Shown in pieces: positions 60,416-64,000 of a DNA stretch of 64,000 nt. Numbering within the stretch: position 1 is the stretch's first letter; each line of letters opens with the position of its first letter. The DNA is taken from the NCBI RefSeq assembly GCF_964213995.1, contig NC_135813.1, forward strand, positions 61,070,001-61,134,000, in the 5' to 3' direction. The position numbers were made by a program, and so were the translations under genes. Source of the stretch: Mustelus asterias. Lineage: Eukaryota. The notes under the pieces were generated by a model, which was not told the DNA's origin, did no database searches, and saw only the letters and a program-made list of their open reading frames with translations.

Positions 60416-63400
60416 CTGGAAAGTAGAGACAAATTATTGCACATCCATTAAGAATCGGCATAAATGACTGAATCGTTGTTTCACCTTCTTCAAATTGTTT
60501 TTTTAAAAATCGGTATTATTCTACAAGAATGTATAGATTTTATATAGTGGAGTCTTATTTATGTCAAACGGGAAAAGGCCGTGACTCTCGTTCCTGGAAC
60601 ACATACAATCTGAGAAGGTTTTCTTTGTTTCCCTGCACGGACGGGAACATGCAAATACAATCTGATCGAAAGGAAATAGTGGAGTTTGAAATATTAAAGA
60701 GAAAAATAAGACGGGAGGTTTATTGCATCCAGATGTGATGTGAGACAACCCTGTCCCAGCCAGCGTCGCGAGCACCGAGAATTTCAGAATAACGCCAATC
60801 ACTCAGAATTTGTGGTCAATATTGGAACTTATGCTGACCGCAACATTTCTATATTTTGCAACTCAAAAAACTCGATTCTAAACAATGAAATCGATTGTTT
60901 GCTTCTGTCACCATTTACACTTCTTTGACGCAAGTCCTCCATACTGGACTGATATTTGGCTTTGTGTACATTCTTTACCACGGCTTCACACGGTGTCGCG
61001 CCCAGACCAACAGTGACGATGTAGCGTAAATCTTAACAAGTAACTCCCTGTCGCAATGGAAATGTTCGGAGACATTTTTTTGCGAGTGGAGTGTCACAAA
61101 AGATTTGTTATAGCAAAGAGGAAGAGTTTCTAACAAATATTGTAAATAATTCTAGTATATAACAACAACGACGCCCTCAAAAGGCCAGTAATAAACCAAA
61201 CATGTCCTCATAATTATTCATCTCTCACATCTTGTCGCCAAAGCAGATGGACTGTGAGATCTTACTGTGCTTAGATAGGGAGCCATGATTCTGACATTTG
61301 AAGAATGATTCTACTTCACAAGCACTTAATTGTGAGGATGTTCTGAGGTCATGGTTGGCGCTAAATCAATGTAGGTTTGCATTTTCTTTCCTTTGTCATT
61401 AGTGGATATTCGCAAAGCTGAACGGGCGTTGTATCAGAATCTTGTCTCTTTAAGTCACCATTTACCACTTAAGTTACCATCTATCACAGTCAACAGGGAA
61501 GGTCAGTAAATACGTTGAGATATTGTAAGGCATCGAAGGGTTCAAATATGAATATCTATTTCAAACTAAAAGGATAAGACTAACCTTTTACAATTTGCCC
61601 TGACATTGAGGTATTATGTCGGCTGCAACAACAGTATGAGGTTTGTCGCTGCTGGTGCAAAAATCGATTGTCTTTGGGGCGACAAATTCGTCTTGTTTTT
61701 TTTGGAATGTAATTTGGATGTTGAAACTGAGTCGGCAGACAAATGCCGCCAGCCCTTATTTCAAAATTAGTATCGTCTTCCTACGCTACCGAGAGTTTCG
61801 CTGGATAATCTCAAATGTCTGCACCGATGAGCAGGTGTGACGATCAACTTGTATTTAAACGGAAGCGTACTTAAGTGAATTATTTTTACATCGGCATTAT
61901 CACCAGATATGATTTCTTAAAGTAACAACTAAAATGTTCAAGAGCATTTTTCTCCTTTTTGCCTCATGCTGGTCCATTTCACCGTAACATAGTCCAATAA
62001 ACAAATGACTTGAAGAAGAAAATAAAAAATAAAGGAGAGGAAGATTGAGAAAGGAAGAGACCCTGACCGCAATTTTCCAATCGTGTCTGGAGCAGGCTTG
62101 GCTCTCCGAGACAGGAAGACAGATGAAATTGTGAAAGGGCGAAAAGGGGGCAGCATAGTGATAGACCAGTGAACCTAACCTCACTAAAGGGAGAAATAAT
62201 GGAATACACGCGGCATAATCAAATCCAGCGATCACGGCTTTGGTAGCGGAATAACTTACCCCACAGCATGAATTGATATTTTTGAGCAGGTGGCATGAGC
62301 GGCGAATGACGGCAATATTTTTGGTATAGTCTACATGGATTTTAGCAAGGCTCTTGTTAAGTTCACATATAGGTATGAACAGGTTGGATCCGAAATTGGC
62401 TCAGCGGCAGGAAGCAAAGGGTCCGTATATCAATGAGTGCCTCTATGATTGTTGTTAGATGATACAAATTTGGCAATGTGGTTGCTACGAAGAAAGCTGG
62501 ATAATGCAGGAAGACAAGAATGGACCAATCAGATAAGTGCAACAGCGGCAAATGGAATGAAACGCGGAAAAGTGTGAGGAACTGTATTTCAGGAAGGCCA
62601 ACAAGACAAGCGAGTACACTGTATAAATGGGACAATGCCGAGAAATGTAGAGAAACTGAGTGAACTAAAAATACATGTCCACAGATCCTGCAGGCGGCTG
62701 AGCAAGTGGCTATGGTCGCAAAGAAGGCATGCGAGGCAGTTACATTTATAAGCCGAGGTATAGATTGTTAGAACTTGATGGTTATGCTGAAACTGCTGGA
62801 AAGGTGCGCAGGAAAAATGTAATTGTACGAAAGCGAGTACAGGGGAGATCTCGAGGGATGTCGGCTGAAATGGAATATTTAGTTATAAGTAAGTGTTGAA
62901 TTGACCAGCGTTATTTTCTTTGGAACAGACGAGGCTGAAGGGAAATCTAGTTGAAGGCATAATGTTCTGAGGTGTCTGGGCAGAATGGATAGGAAAACGG
63001 TATTGCCAATGTTTGAGGGGTCGATAAGAACGGAACTTGGATTTAGCGTTAGAAGTAGAAAGTTTAGCGGAGATTCGAAGGGAATAGTTTCACCCTGAGG
63101 GTTTAGGGGATGTGGAACCTACTGCCGGAAAGGCTGTTAGTGGCAAATTACTGGACACTTAAATGCACATACAATGTGTAATCTGAAGGCGAATGAATAC
63201 ATGTTGGATTGTTCTTTGTGAACCAGCGCAGACACCATTGACCAAGTAGACTGTAACAATGTTGCAAAGATATGTCATTCTATGATTCGGCGAATATATT
63301 ATATTGCTTTCCTCCCTCACTGATGCACAGGAGGTACGGTGTGCACTATTTATAAGGTACACTGCCGAAACTCCGACAAGAGCTTCCAAACCAGTCATTT

Positions 63401-64000
63401 CTTCCGCTGGACGAACACACGGGCAGCAGATTCACGGCAGCAACACCAGTTGGTAAATCCCCATCAAGCCACACAGCAGCCCAAAGTAGAACTGTACCGC
63501 CTTTCCTTCACTGTCGCTGGGCCAAAAACTCTTAACCCCCTCCCTAAGAGCTCTGTGATGTACCTATGACGCTTGGACGACATCGGTTTGAGAATGCGGC
63601 TCACCATCACTTTATCCATGGATATTAGGCGGGGGGGAATGAATGTTAGCTTTCTGCTCACATCCCATGAATCAATAAAAATGGCAGTAATCCCCATGTT
63701 TTGTTGTATTACTACTCACTGACAATCACAGAACCAGCAGCAGAGCTGAACGAGTCCACAACAAAACTCAAACACCTGACAACCTATTCCAAGACATTCC
63801 AGAACAACTGATTGGATAGGAAGAAAATGAACCGTAATTTCCGAAGGAAGCAAACATTCTGCACATCATTGATGTTTGTTCCTATGTTATCCAGTAACAA
63901 TCAGGGTTGATCATTACTGGCGGAATTCCCGCAACAGTATGGTTATGTTGGACACCCGGGATTAATGCGAAATGTTAGGGTGAGAATCTTGTACTGAACG

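Larger units (their letters stand above)
58129..64000. repeat. Tandem segmental duplication, partial period 4 (older paralogue)
   Basis: Collinear with positions 1 to about 5900; roughly 90% identity by eye. Confidence 0.93.

Overview
Vertebrate (shark, probably carcharhiniform; inferred from the Ig sequence and the repeat families) genomic DNA carrying a head-to-tail tandem array of immunoglobulin light-chain miniclusters of the cartilaginous-fish type II / lambda (NS3-like) class, with a period of about 19.2-19.5 kb. Three complete minus-strand genes are present, each made of an octamer promoter, a 49-nt leader exon, a 348-nt germline-joined in-frame VJ exon with no RSS, a 4.4-4.7 kb J-C intron, a 323-nt C exon and AATAAA. 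The C exon and most of the intron of a more diverged fourth gene are also present; its VJ should lie just past the right edge. The rest of each unit is decayed CR1-type, Rex1/Babar-type and other LINE relics, V-SINE/DeuSINE-type SINEs, a (GATA)n microsatellite (N-runs in two copies) and a G-tract. Main points worth follow-up: (1) 11 of the 19 sites that differ between the three germline VJ paralogues fall in contiguous 2-3 nt blocks, resembling shark somatic hypermutation, while the C exons show only stepwise single changes; (2) replacements are CDR-focused and CDR1 of gene 3 looks like a ~70-bp conversion tract; (3) two copy-specific Penelope-like insertions have 14-bp TSDs and hammerhead relics, and one forms a perfect 67-bp-arm palindrome in a J-C intron; (4) the units are a patchwork, with a step up in divergence near 50-51.5 kb. 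All counts are manual and repeat-family names come from recognition, not from database searches.
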